In this document: positions 35,108-48,599 of the stretch, one piece after another
Layout of the letters: each line of letters opens with the position of its first letter
How positions within the stretch are numbered: the stretch's first letter is position 1
NCBI GenBank assembly: GCA_950097015.1
Contig: CATNEN010000001.1
Coordinates: 11,966,001 to 12,030,000 of the forward strand
Length of the DNA: 64,000 nt
Reading direction: 5' to 3'
From: Macrostomum hystrix
Lineage: Eukaryota; Animalia; Platyhelminthes
Notes under the pieces: model-generated
Told to the model about the DNA's origin: nothing
Seen by the model: only the letters and a program-made list of their open reading frames with translations
Databases searched by the model: none
Position numbers and translations under genes: made by a program

Positions 35108-35441
35108 AGCAACTATCACCTGTTAGATAGCAAGTGTCACCTGTTAGATAGCAACTATCACCTGTTAGATAGCAAGTGTCAACTGTTAGATAGCAACTAT
35201 CACCTGTTAGATAGCAAGTGTCAACTGTTAGATAGCAACTATCACCTGTTAGATAGCAAGTGTCATCTGTTAGATAGAAACTATCACCTGTTAGATAGCA
35301 ACTATCACCTGTTAGATAGAAACTGTCACCTGTTAGATAGCAAGTGTCACCTGTTAGATAGAAACTGTCACCTGTTAGATAGCAAGTGTCAACTGTTAGA
35401 TAGCAACTATCACCTGTTAGACAGCAAGTGTCACCTGTTAA
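35108..35441. repeat. 21-bp minisatellite (AGCAACTATCACCTGTTAGAT / AGCAAGTGTCACCTGTTAGAT)
   Basis: About 16 monomers of two alternating variants. The reverse complement shares ATCTAACAG(G/C)TGAT with the 20-bp satellite. Confidence 0.95.
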
Positions 35442-35975
35442 ACATCGTAAAACAAGACATATTTTCGAGGCAGTACAAGAAGGGGCTGTGTTGCAGTAAA
35501 ATTATGTAAATCGGAAGCGGTCACCGCCGCAAAGTCATCTTGGGCCTCTTCTATTTGTGTTTTTGCCCCAGTTGCTCCTTAACACTTTCCTGTCGGCTTC
35601 TGGTACGGGGTTAGTTGGTTGCTAAGGCCATCTCCTTGCTGCAGAACCAGGAAGTACAGGAAGATGATGCGGAGTCACGAAGTAAGAATTTCAGACAGAA
35701 GATAAAACGGAGACAGCAACGGTCGACCAGAAAACAATTAGTGAAAACAGATGCGGCAGCGAAATATCTGGCAATTTCTGTTTTGCACTTTAGCCAGCCA
35801 CGGATTTTGTACAGGAAATTTTTCTGAGGCTTTTTTATGACGCTTCTGTCTTGCGCATTCCAAGAAAATGAAAGAAAAGAAAAAGAAAGAAAGTGCGCTG
35901 CAGCGACAGACAAAATTATTGCAATCTAATAATGCCAATCCGGAACTAAAAGTGCTTAGTGAAGCTAAATAAAAA

Positions 35976-36442
35976 AACAGGTGATGAACATAACTAACAT
36001 CTGATGAACATATCTAACAGCTGATGAACATATCTAACAGCTGATGAACACATCTAACAGCTGATGAACATATCTAACATCTGATGAACATATCTAACAG
36101 CTGATGAACATATCTAACAGCTGATGAACATAACTAACAGCTGATGAACATAACTAACAGCTGATGAACATAACTAACAGCTGATGAACATATCTAACAG
36201 GTGATGAACATAACTAACAGCTGATGAACATATATAACAGCTGACGAACATATCTAACAGCTGACGAACATATCTAACAGCTGATGAATATATCTAACTG
36301 CTGATGAACATATCTAACAGGTGATGAACATAACTAACAGCTGATGAACATATCTAACAGCTGATGAATATATCTAACAGCTGATGAATATATCTAACAG
36401 CTGATTAACATATCTAACAGCTGATGAACATATCTAACAGCT
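35976..36442. repeat. 20-bp satellite, array 2
   Basis: Same monomer as 30422-31062. Confidence 0.97.
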
Positions 36443-36926
36443 TGCGGAAACAGCGCCGTGTTCAAATACATACTTTGGTCGGTGTAGAGCGGATTTGCAT
36501 TAGCATGGCGGCGCACATTGAGCAGAACGGGAGAACGGACCCATAGGATACTAAGCAGAAGATGAGGGGTGATTGTGGAGGCGCACACGGGGTTAGGTGA
36601 GAGAGCAGCAGAACTCACATTACGTGCTCATTTGGCACATGCCTATATACAAGCTTCCTACTTTTTAGTCGCCTCTTTTGCTGGTCCATCATGTTTTCCG
36701 TTTCAGCTTCATATTGCTTAATAGTTATTATATACCTGTTCTAACCTGTCCGCGGAACTGTTCATTTTTATCCACGCGCCTTAATTATTGTATTCGGTTT
36801 ATTTGTATTCTGTTTGGCTAATTATGTTTTTCTCGCTGATTTCTTTCAAAAACCCCTGTAGGGAGGTCAGTTGATGTAGCGCGATTTGAAAACCGAATTT
36901 TTCTTAGAAAGAGTCGCGAAATAATA

Positions 36927-37915
36927 TGCTTTTTGCGATTGAATTCGTCCAAACTGCAAAACCTTTCGTCCACAAATGCTTTCTTAATGGAAGCTAAATT
37001 TAGATTATACCATAGACAACTGTGTTCACGCAAAACGGTTCATCCAGTTTGTAAAACATTTCGTCCCCTAGACTAGAGACCGAGTGTACTGTTCCTACCA
37101 TAGTTAACACCCAATTGACAGTTCGCTTTTGCTACCACTACAGCTACAGCGACGCATATTTTCCATTCTGAACCCGGCAAAACGGCAAGATGAACCGAGG
37201 CTTCTACCATCTAGTGTCAAACGAAGACCGCAGGCGATTAGCCTTGGCTGTTGAAGAAGGCCGCGATTGGAAACAACTGGCCGATATCCTTGGGATCAAG
37301 AGAACCGGGCGCATTGAGAAGTTTCCATCAGCAGGTGGCCGTCCGAAGCAACTGCAAGAGCAGCAGATTGAGTCAATCATCGAGTTCCTCGAGGCAAACC
37401 CGTCCGCGCTCACCTTCAAGTCCCAGGACTTTCACCGCAACACAGCACCTATCAATTGCCACCGTACTCTCCGTATCTCAACCCAACTGAGCGCGCAGGG
37501 TCTTCCCTGAAGGCATCAGTGAAGAGGGTACTGTCAGTTCCCGCTACTAAGCACGAGCTCTCTAATCGGCAAGCTGCTGCTGCTGCGAACCTGACTCTGC
37601 ATGCCTGGCGGATGCACATTTTGAAGAGAGAGGTCGAAGCTGCACTGTACGTGATTACACAGGAGAAGTGCCAGCGATGGACCAATCATACTGTGGGTTA
37701 CTAGGGCCGCTGTTTGGACTACGAAGACATTTTGAACTAACATTCTAACAAGAGACACTGTTTTTGCTTTGTTCAATATCTCGTGATATCAAATAAAGTC
37801 GCTCTGTTTAGCTGTTAGCTGTTTGGACGAAGGGTTTAGACTAAATGTTTTACAAACTGGATGAACCGTTTTGCGTGAACACAGTTGTCTATGGTATAAT
37901 CAATCGCAAAAAGTA
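36927..37915 (+). mobile_element. Internally deleted IS630/Tc1/mariner-superfamily DNA transposon
   Basis: TA TSD (36925-36926, 37916-37917). Terminal IR TGCTTTTTGCGATTGA / TCAATCGCAAAAAGTA plus a 63-bp IR (37003-37065 / 37839-37901). HTH (GRDWKQLADILG...GGRPK) and LPPYSPYLNPTE motifs. Empty site in the paralogue at about 52593. Confidence 0.92.
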
Positions 37916-38786
37916 TATTTGTTATAAGTGATGAATTCAGTTTTACTTGTTTTACGAGAGCAGAGGAAAGATAAAGATTTGCACTGGTGTGATACGCACG
38001 CATTAATAAAATCTTTCGCATTGATTTCTGAGAAAGCTGTCTAAATTGGATCATTGGTAACGCCTAAGAGCGGACTGGAATACATAGAAATGAAAATACG
38101 GCCATAGAAAACGCTACCAGATTGACTACTAGACAATTATACTAAAACACATGCTTTGAGTCATTTTAAATGTCATCTTTTAGTTTCTGCTGAAAGTAGT
38201 ATGTTTATCAAGCTTCTGTTGACCAGTGTAGTTCAAGGTGACTTGCATTCTGCCTATTCGTAATGACTCCAGCCAGGCCTTCGCAAGTGAAAAACGATTG
38301 GCTTTAGTTTATCAATGAAAAACATAAAATTACGTGTTTTGAGATCGGTGATTTGACATTTCCTTCTACCCCACTGCGGCCAGACTGTTTGTCTCTTGCC
38401 TATGGACTGAACTTTACGGAGTACAGTACAGTGGCAACTGTACGGAGTCGCCACTGACTGTACGTTCGGCCCAACTGGTTAGGTTCTATCTATCTATCTA
38501 TCTATAAACATTAGTCATTGATTTTCTTGTGCGTCAATAGGTATTTTTACCATTGACGCCAAGAACTGGTGCGGCATTTTCAAGCATTAAATATACTGTG
38601 AACTTCTGTGACGTGCGAACACTTTAGTAACACACTGATGGAGTGCTAGTAATGTATATTTGCACGCTTCAGCACGACTAGCTAATATTTTGTCTTTTCC
38701 ACACATAAGAAGGTCCATTTCAGTGACAAAAGTACGTCAATATGGGACAAACAATTTATAATTAAAATGTGGCGTCATGCCTGCTC

Positions 38787-39110
38787 TCACAATAAGCTTT
38801 GTATTCCAAAAGTAGCGTCGCAAGCACGCCTAATCTCTTCCTTCAGTTGTTGTACCTCTGATTCTTTGTGGCCGCCAAAATCATGGACAGCCTTTGATAT
38901 AGCGCAAAGCAGTCGTGGCTCTTCGCGCCATTTAATATGGCCGAACCTTGGTTCAAGATGCACTAATACTTTCTCCAGTTCCTTAAACTGCTCTGATTCA
39001 GAAAGTCTTTGTCTGTCACCGATAGCAGCTGCTTGAGATTCAGTCGGGAAAGTCAGCGTGATCAGCAGCAGAAACAGTGGCATAATCGTTAGTGCTGTTG
39101 TCGGCTTCAT
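38787..39110 (-). CDS. Small secreted protein, paralogue A (107 aa, signal peptide, 2 Cys)
   Basis: Intronless ORF MKPTTALTIMPLFLLLITLTFPTESQAA... with a hydrophobic core and a small-residue cleavage site. TATA about 92 bp upstream; paralogue at 53385-53705. Confidence 0.75.
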   Translation of the reverse strand: MKPTTALTIMPLFLLLITLTFPTESQAAAIGDRQRLSESEQFKELEKVLVHLEPRFGHIKWREEPRLLCAISKAVHDFGGHKESEVQQLKEEIRRACDATFGIQSLL

Positions 39111-39201
39111 ATTTCGATTAATTATGTCCTTCGATTGACTTGCTGAGTGAAACCTGAGCTAAGAATGTTTTGCGTGGGTGTCGAAAAACAGCCATCTCGG
39201 C

Positions 39202-39207
39202 TTATAA
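39202..39207 (-). promoter_or_regulatory. Putative TATA box of paralogue A
   Basis: CTTATAAG conserved at the same distance in both paralogues. Confidence 0.55.
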
Positions 39208-39364
39208 GCGAGGGGCATTCCCTGTCCAGTCGTGAAAGTTCGTGAAATCAGGCAGTTTTGGCCACAGAAGTTGAGCTGATGGGCTTTCACGCAGTAGACT
39301 TCAGCATGTCTATGTCTGAAACCTAGAGTTTTAGCAGTTCTGCTTTTCCGAGTCGCTTAATTGT

Positions 39365-42300
39365 GATATCTTTCATTCATCCCAGCTCATATCTTTAATT
39401 TATCCCAGCTCATATCTTTCATTTATCCCAGCTCATATCTTTCATTTATCCCAGCTCATATCTTTCATTCATCCCAGCTCATATCTTTAATTTATCCCAG
39501 CTCATATCTTTCATTTATCCCAGCTCATATCTTTCATTTATCCCAGCTCATATCTTTCATTCATCCCAGCTCATATCTTTCATTTATCCCAGCTCACATC
39601 TTTCATTCATCCCAGCTCATATCTTTCATTCATCCCAGCTCATATCTTTCATTCATCCCAGCTCATATCTTTCATTTATCCCAGCTCATATCTTTCATTC
39701 ATCCCAGCTCATATCTTTCATTCATCCCAGCTCATATCTTTCATTTATCCCAGCTCATATCTTTCATTTATCCCAGCTCATATCTTTCATTCATCCCAGC
39801 TCATATCTTTCATTCATCCCAGCTCATATCTTTCATTCATCCCAGCTCATATCTTTCATTCATCCCAGCTGATATCTTTCATTTATCCCAGCTGATATCT
39901 TTCATTCATCCCAGCTCATATCTTTCATTTATCCCAGCTCATATCTTTCATTCATCCCAGCTCATATCTTTCATTTATCCCAGCTCATATCTTTCATTCA
40001 TCCCAGCTTATATCTTTCATTCATCCCAGCTTATATCTTTCATTTATCCCAGCTCATATCTTTCATTTATCCCAGCTCATATCTTTCATTCATCCCAGCT
40101 CATATCTTTCATTTATCCCAGCTCATATCTTTCATTCATCCCAGCTTATATCTTTCATTCATCCCAGCTCATATCTTTCATTCATCCCAGCTCATATCTT
40201 TCATTTATCCCAGCTCATATCTTTAATTCATCCCAGCTGATATCTTTCATTTATCCCAGCTCATATCTTTCATTTATCCCAGCTCATATCTTTCATTCAT
40301 CCCAGCTCATATCTTTCATTTATCCCAGCTCATATCTTTCATTCATCCCAGCTCACATCTTTCATTCATCCCAGCTCATATCTTTCATTTATCCCAGCTC
40401 ATATCTTTCATTTATCCCAGCTCATATTTTTCATTCATCCCAGCTCATATCTTTCATTCATCCCAGCTGATATCTTTCATTTATCCCAGCTCATATCTTT
40501 CATTCATCCCAGCTCATATCTTTCATTTATCCCAGCTGATATCTTTCATTCATCCCAGCTCATATCTTTCATTTATCCCAGCTCATATCTTTCATTCATC
40601 CCAGCTCATATCTTTAATTTATCCCAGCTCATATCTTTCATTTATCCCAGCTCATATCTTTCATTTATCCCAGCTCATATCTTTCATTTATCCCAGCTCA
40701 TATCTTTCATTTATCCCAGCTCATATCTTTCATTTATCCCAGCTCATATCTTTCATTTATCCCAGCTCATATCTTTGATTCATCCCAGCTCATATCTTTC
40801 ATTTATCCCAGCTCATATCTTTCATTTATCCCAGCTCATATCTTTGATTCATCCCAGCTCATATCTTTCATTTATCCCAGCTCATATCTTTCATTCATCC
40901 CAGTTCATATCTTTCATTCATCCCAGCTCATATCTTTCATTTATCCCAGCTCATATCTTTCATTCATCCCAGCTCATATCTTTAATTTATCCCAGCTCAT
41001 ATCTTTCATTCATCCCAGCTCATATCTTTCATTTATCCCAGCTCATATCTTTGATTCATCCCAGCTCATATCTTTCATTTATCCCAGCTCATATCTTTCA
41101 TTTATCCCAGCTCATATCTTTGATTCATCCCAGCTCATATCTTTCATTTATCCCAGCTCATATCTTTCATTCATCCCAGCTCATATCTTTCATTCATCCC
41201 AGCTCATATCTTTCATTTATCCCAGCTCATATCTTTCATTCATCCCAGCTCATATCTTTCATTCATCCCAGCTCATATCTTTCATTTATCCCAGCTCATA
41301 TCTTTCATTCATCCCAGCTCACATCTTTCATTCATCCCAGCTCATATCTTTCATTTATCCCAGCTCATATCTTTCATTTATCCCAGCTCATATTTTTCAT
41401 TCATCCCAGCTCATATCTTTCATTCATCCCAGCTGATATCTTTCATTTATCCCAGCTCATATCTTTCATTCATCCCAGCTCATATCTTTCATTCATCCCA
41501 GCTCATATCTTTCATTCATCCCAGCTCACATCTTTCATTCATCCCAGCTCATATCTTTCATTTATCCCAGCTCATATCTTTCATTTATCCCAGCTCATAT
41601 TTTTCATTCATCCCAGCTCATATCTTTCATTCATCCCAGCTGATATCTTTCATTTATCCCAGCTCATATCTTTCATTCATCCCAGCTCATATCTTTCATT
41701 TATCCCAGCTGATATCTTTCATTCATCCCAGCTCATATCTTTCATTTATCCCAGCTCATATCTTTCATTCATCCCAGCTCATATCTTTAATTTATCCCAG
41801 CTCATATCTTTCATTTATCCCAGCTCATATCTTTCATTTATCCCAGCTCATATCTTTCATTTATCCCAGCTCATATCTTTCATTTATCCCAGCTCATATC
41901 TTTCATTTATCCCAGCTCATATCTTTCATTTATCCCAGCTCATATCTTTGATTCATCCCAGCTCATATCTTTCATTTATCCCAGCTCATATCTTTCATTC
42001 ATCCCAGCTCATATCTTTGATTCATCCCAGCTCATATCTTTCATTTATCCCAGCTCATATCTTTCATTCATCCCAGTTCATATCTTTCATTCATCCCAGC
42101 TCATATCTTTCATTTATCCCAGCTCATATCTTTCATTCATCCCAGCTCATATCTTTAATTTATCCCAGCTCATATCTTTCATTCATCCCAGCTCATATCT
42201 TTCATTTATCCCAGCTCATATCTTTTATTCATCCCAGCTCATATCTTTCATTCATCCCAGCTCATATCTTTCATTTATCCCAGCTCATATCTTTCATTCA

Positions 42301-42631
42301 TCCCAGCTCATATCTTTCATTCATCCCAGCTCATATCTTTCATTTATCCCAGCTCATATCTTTCATTTATCCCAGCTCATATCTTTCATTCATCCCAGCT
42401 CATATCTTTCATTCATCCCAGCTCATATCTTTCATTTATCCCAGCTCATATCTTTCATTTATCCCAGCTCATATCTTTCATTCATCCCAGCTCATATCTT
42501 TCATTTATCCCAGCTCATATCTTTCATTTATCCCAGCTCATATCTTTCATTTATCCCAGCTCATATCTTTCATTTATCCCAGCTCATATCTTTCATTCAT
42601 CCCAGCTCATATCTTTCATTTATCCCAGCTC
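39365..42631. repeat. 23-bp satellite, long array (~3.3 kb)
   Basis: Same monomer as 29093-29402. Confidence 0.98.
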
Positions 42632-43670
42632 AAATCACAGTCGGCATTGCTTTGCTAGCTGCCCGATCGATGCTCAATGTCGTAGTGGAATTCACTTAGC
42701 CGCTCGATCCACCGACCAAGGATCCCTTGTGCCTCTGTCTGGCGTGGAAGCCATGGAACTGCCTTGTGCTTGGTGCAGGCTGGAATCGCTTGCCGATAAG
42801 ATAAAAGCGGAAGAGTTTCATTTTGTTGGCTGGCGCTAATAATTCTTTTCTGGCAATGTGGATATCGTTTCTCTGAATTCTTCTTAGCTCGGCTAAAGTA
42901 CGCAATCGGCCTCTCAATGCCGTCGGACCGTATCTTTGCAAGACAGGCGCCGATTAGATTGTCGCTAGCATCGACATCTCGGACCAGTCGTACTTTTTAA
43001 TCGTCTGAGAACTCTGGATATGCGAGCACTCACAGCGAGGTCAAATCACAGTTATGACCCACTAGCTAGTTTACCAGCGACTTGAACTGATTCAATTCAC
43101 AAGCAGATTCCAATGCACCAATGGACTGCAAAAGAATTCATCTTGTAAAACAGCAGGGATTTGCCAATACTGCGGGATTAGGTGCATTTGGATTACTGAA
43201 ATAATATGACTGTATTACGTGAACGTCAAAGCTGCAGACTGTGCATTGATTTGAGATCTGATTGAACATTGAGATGAAATCATAGCAGATTGACAACATT
43301 TTCCAGCTTCGTGCGAATCGACTCCTTACAGGGAAGTCTGCCAAAAGGGACTGGAGAACAGTTTACCATATTTAGGGAAGTTAGCCAACTTTGTCGGTTA
43401 ATTTTTTATCTCATTTAAAACTTAGCTTTGTTTTCCTCATTCATGAGAAATTCTCCCTCACCTCAAAAGAGAGGAAAAGCAGAGAGACAAGAAGAGGAGA
43501 AAACACAGGGTCTTTTGTCTCTCTCTCTCTGGACCTATAAAATATCCAATCTAGAAAATAAAGAAAGTGAGCTGCAGCGACAGACTAAATTATTCGAATG
43601 TAATAATGCCAATCCGGAACTGGAAGTACATAGGGATGCTAAATAAATAAAACAGCTGATGAACACATCT
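42622..43670 (+). repeat. Segmental duplication block X, copy 2 (includes a Gypsy RNase H remnant on the minus strand, ~42637-43030)
   Basis: Near-identical to 29393-30445. Confidence 0.95.
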
Positions 43671-43785
43671 AACAGCTGATGAACACATCTAACAGCTGAT
43701 GAACATATCTAACAGCTGATGAACATATCTAACAGCTGATGAACATATCTAACAGCTGATAAACATTTCTAGCAGCTAATGAACG
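43650..43785. repeat. 20-bp satellite, array 3 (short)
   Basis: About 6-7 monomers followed by degenerate CTGTCTAACAGATAAAAA repeats. Confidence 0.9.
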
Positions 43786-44366
43786 TATCAGTTTGTAAAA
43801 CCTGTCTGACAGATAAAAACTGTCTAGCAGATAAAAACTGTCTAACATGTTACAAAACCTGTCTAACAGATAAAAATCTGTCTAACATGTTACTAAACCG
43901 GTCTAACAGGCTACAATATTTTCCTTAAAATGCTTTGTACTTTCCAGCATTAATTTAGGAGAAACTTATTAAAATTATTTGATGATTTCTGCATCACAGC
44001 TGAGAGCGCTAGTTCTCATGAGTTCTCACTGAGTCATGTTCGCAGCAGGCATTGAACCGCAGCAACTCGTGGCTGTTCGTAATGTTGTTAACTTGAAAAA
44101 CATTTCTCCCACGGGGGAAAAATGTTCTCTGTTGCACTCTCGCTCGAGTCTTAGTCGATTGACCGAACTCGTTAGTCGCTTGATGAGACAAAGTAGTTTG
44201 CGGTTCTCAGCTCGTGGGTCATTTCATCGGCTCGGACTGATTTCGTTACGCCACTGAATGAGTGCTCCTATGAGCTACTTCGGCACTATAAATTTGGATT
44301 AAGTAAATGACTCACTCTAATGTTTTCTGTATCTGAATTGCACTCTGTATAAGTCATATTCTACAT

Positions 44367-45378
44367 TATCTATGTCACTGCCTTCATGATATCTATCACT
44401 GTTTTCATGATATCTATCACTGTCTTCATGATATCTATCACTGCCTTCATGATATCTATCACTGTCTTCATGATATCTGTCACTCTTTTCTTCATGATAT
44501 CTGTCACTGCCTTCATGATCTCTGTCACTCTCTTCATGATCTATGTCACTGCCTTCATGATCTCTATCACTATCTTCTTCTGATCTCTGTCACTCTATTC
44601 ATGATCTCTGTCACTCTCTTCATGATCTCTGTCACTCTCTTCATGATCTCTGTCACTCTCTTTAGGATCTCTGTCACTGACTTCTTTTAATCTATGTCAC
44701 TCTCTTCATGATCTATGTCACCTCTTCATTATCTATGTCACTCTCTTCACGATATCTGTCACTCTCTTCATGATCTCTGTCACTCTCTTCATGATCTCTG
44801 TCACTCTCTTCATGATCTCTGTCCCTCTCTTCATGATCTCTGTCACTCTCTTTAGGATCTCTCTCACTATCTTCTTCTGATCTCTGTCACTCTCTTTAGG
44901 ATCTCTCTCACTATCTTCTTCTGATCTCTGTCACTCTATTCATGATCTCTGTCACTCTCTTCATGATCTCTGTCACTCTCTTTAGGATCTCTCTCACTAT
45001 CTTCTTCTGATCTCTGTCACTCTCTTTAGGATCTCTCTCACTATCTTCTTCTGATCTCTGTCACTCTATTCATGATCTCTGTCACTCTCTTCATGATCTC
45101 TGTCACTCTCTTTAGGATCTCTCTCACTATCTTCTTCTGATCTCTGTCACTCTCAAATTGATCTCTGTCACTCCCCACTTGATCTATGTCACTCTCTTCA
45201 TGATCTATGTCACCTCTTCATGATCTATGTCACTCTCTTCATGATCTATGTCACTCTCTTCATGATCTCTGTCACTCTCTTCATGATCTCTGTCACTCTC
45301 TTCATGATCTCTGTCACTCTCTTCATGATCTCTGTCACTCTCTTCATGATATCTGTCACTATATTCATTATCTGTCAT
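44367..45378. repeat. 21-bp minisatellite (TCTGTCACTCTCTTCATGATC)n
   Basis: Tandem monomers; shorter paralogous array at 58876-59192. Confidence 0.95.
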
Positions 45379-46294
45379 ATCATTCCACATTAGAGTGGGT
45401 TAGCAATCCCTATGCAGCAATCCGCCAAACATTTTTCTTGAGCAAACTTGCTAATTGATGCAACAGAAAAAAATGACTCAAGGAGCATTTCCTTGTACTC
45501 TCCTGGCCTCTACAAACAGCTTTTGTCTGTCTGGAACTACTCAGTAACTTGTCTGATAGTTTGTTCTACTATGACTCTTAACTATGACCGATTGAGCACG
45601 TCATGGATCAGTCAGCACTGAGCGATTTTGCAAGACACGGGCCCAAATTCTTTATCAACGGTAAAACCAAGGACAGGCTGACCATTACAGCAGATTCGAG
45701 ACACAAATTAGCGGTCCAAATTGGTTGAAATTGATTTCTCCACATTCGTTTGTCCCTAGACGACCTGTCTCCCCACTGAGTTGACCAATTGAGTTGAGTC
45801 CTTAATTTGTCTGATAATTCTATTTTGCATAGAAGCAGCAGCAGCAGCAGCAGCAGCAAAAGAAGAAATTTGCATCAGCGGACACTCCCAACCAGGCCTT
45901 CGTGTCTTTCTCTGCTCTCCTTCGTCTCGTTGACTTGCCGATGGCATGAGTCACTCGATACAGATGCTCGAGAGGAGACTTCAAAAAAAAGAAATGCTGT
46001 TAGTTCTGGCTCGAGTGTATTCTTCAACTGATCTCCCAACTGTCAAATCAAGTAGGCACAATGGTACCTCTTTGGCCAGTTCGTTCTAAATCAAACTAAA
46101 TCCCGCTTAGTGCACTGTGTATCATTTCTCAACTGCCAAATTGAATTACTACGAGTATTTATGTAGTTAGGCAAGTCCTGCTTTGGAAGTTTGATAGATA
46201 AGCCTGGATTTCGCGAGGATCAATTCTAAATAAATAACAAAAGGCTGGCCAGAGACGGAGTTAGAAATACGACGCTTAGAAGGATGAGTTTGGG

Positions 46295-46930
46295 GTGAGA
46301 TGAAACGGGAGAGATTAGACAGGGGAGAGATGAGACAGGGAAGAGATGAGACACGGGAGAGATGGGACACGGGAGAGATGGGACACGGGAGAGATGGGAC
46401 ACGGGAGAGATGGGACACGGGAGAGATGGGACACGGGAGAGATGGGACACGGGAGAGATGGGACACGGGAGAGATGGGACACGGGAGAGATGAGACACGG
46501 GAGAGATGGGACACGGGAGAGATGGGACACGGGAGAGATGGGACACGGGAGAGATGGGACACGGGAGAGATGGGACACGGGAGAGATGGGACACGGGAGA
46601 GATGGGACACGGGAGAGATGGGACACGGGAGAGATGGGACACGGGAGAGATGGGACACGGGAGAGATGGGACACAGGAGGGATGGGACACGGGAGAGATG
46701 GGACACGGGAGAGATGGGACACGGGAGAGATGAGACACGGGAGAGATGGGACACGGGAGAGATGGGACACGGGAGAGATGGGACACGGGAGAGATGGGAC
46801 ACGGGAGAGATGGGACACGGGAGAGATGGGACACGGGAGAGATGGGACACGGGAGAGATGGGACACGGGAGAGATGGGACACGGGAGAGATGGGACACGG
46901 GAGAGATGGGACACAGGAGGGATGAGACAG
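46295..46930. repeat. 16-bp minisatellite (GGGACACGGGAGAGAT)n
   Basis: Tandem monomers; paralogous array at 60105-60532. Confidence 0.97.
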
Positions 46931-47451
46931 GGTGGAGTAGATGTTTGAGGAGTCGAGCATTAGGGGTGCATTTTTGTGAGTTTGGAGGGCCGCATCTTGC
47001 CCGCGGGCCGGAGGTTGCCGACTCCTGGTCAAGGAGAATCTTTGATTAATAGATTTCTAGGATGGTAGAATAAGTTAGACTATACGTAAGTTCTTTCTTA
47101 AAATCGATCTTATGCTAGAGTGTAACTGGAGAACAATTTTATCTAGGGTGAGCAATTGTCAAGATGTTGTTTGTAGTTTGTCTGCAGGCAGGCTAAACTT
47201 TAGCGGCTATGGATTACTGGCAGTGTGTTATTTAGGAATCGATGGAGATGAAAATGCAAATGCTCAGAATTCGGCAAAAATAATATTGAATTTCTGTCTG
47301 AGAATTTTCGTGTGTATCATTTAAAGAATGCTTGACTAATCACGTGTAACCAAGGCGCATGATTTCTCCCAAAGAATAAAGTTCAAAGATTTTTTGGAAT
47401 ATTTTTGACGATAATTTTGCCAAGATAGAGGCGAGAATTACAGAATAGGCT

Positions 47452-48500
47452 AATAAGAGATAAGAGAGATAATAGATTGAGAGAGAGAGATTAGAGATGT
47501 GAGAGAGGAGAGATGTGAGAGAGGATAGACAAGAGATTTGAGAGATAAGAGATAGAGAGAGGAGAGATAAGAGATGTGAGAGAAAAGAGATAAGAGATGT
47601 GAGAGAGGAGAGATAAGAGATGTGAGAGAGGAGATATAAGAGATGTGAGAGAAAAGAGATAAGAGATGTGAGAGAAAAGAGATAAGATATTGAGAGAGGA
47701 GAGATAAGAGATGTGAGAGAGGAGAGATAAGATGTGAGAGAGGAGAGATAAGAGATGTGAGAGAAATAAATGTGAGAGAGGAGAGAGAAGACATGTGAGA
47801 GAGGATAGACAAGAGATTTGAGAGAGGAGAGATAATATATGGGAGAGAGGAGAGATAAGAGATTGAGAGAGGAGAGATAAGAGATGTGAGAGAAAAGAGA
47901 TAAGAGATGTGAGAGAGGAGAGATAAGAGATTGAGAGAGGAGAGATAAGAGATTGAGAGAGGAGAGATAAGATATGTTAGAGAGGAGAGATAAGAGATGT
48001 GAGAATGGAGAGATAAGATATGTGAGAGAGGAGAGATAAGAGATGGGAGAGAGGAGAGGTAAGAGATGTGAGAGAGGAGAGATAAGAGATGTGAGAGAAA
48101 AGAGATAAGAGATGTGAGAGAGGATAGATAAGAGATGTGAGAGAGAAGAGATAAGAGATGTGAGAGAGGAGAGATAAGAGATGTGAGAGAGAAGAGATAA
48201 GAGATGTGAGAGAAAAGAGATAAGAGATGTGAGAGAGGATAGATAAGAGATTGAGAGAGGAGAGATAAGAGATTGAGAGAGGAGAGATAAGATATGTTAG
48301 AGAGGAGAGATAAGAGATGTGAGAATGGAGAGATAAGATATGTGAGAGAGGAGAGATAAGAGATTGAGAGAGGAGAGATAAGAGATGTGAGAGAGGAGAG
48401 ATAAGAGATGTGAGAGAAAAGAGATAAGAGATGTGAGAGAGAAGATAGGATAAGTGATAGAGGAGATTGGAAAAGAGAGGGTAGAGGAGAGATTAGAGAG
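47452..48500. repeat. GA-rich degenerate minisatellite (GAGAGAGGAGAGATAAGAGAT(G)T)n
   Basis: Purine-rich tandem units; paralogous array at 61052-61460. Confidence 0.92.
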
Positions 48501-48599
48501 GGTTTTGAAAGGCTAACAAACTGCAAAAGCAATTGGAAACCACAGGAAAAATTTCGTTTCTCAGTTCGATACCCATTGGAGACAAAGGACACAGAACGC

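Larger units (their letters stand above)
36445..39365 (+). repeat. Segmental duplication block Z, copy 1 (copy 2 at 52098-53960); contains the secreted-protein gene
   Basis: Colinear similarity from CGCCGTGTTCAAATACATAC to GAGTCGCTTAATTGTGA, apart from indels. Confidence 0.92.
43990..47470 (+). repeat. Segmental duplication block Y, copy 1 (copy 2 at ~58510-61065)
   Basis: Colinear unique sequence with the same embedded minisatellites at different copy numbers; near-identical ORF-track peptides at 47112 and 60714. Confidence 0.92.

Noticed and set aside
40775-42658. 627-aa ORF and similar repeat ORFs at 28989-29470, 46167-47049, 47450-48601 and 59977-60651
   Set aside because: Satellite or minisatellite translations; array length differs freely between paralogous blocks.
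45834-45858. (CAG)n tract as a polyQ/polyA/polyL exon
   Set aside because: No supporting long ORF or clear splice context; the paralogue at ~59657 is shorter and interrupted.
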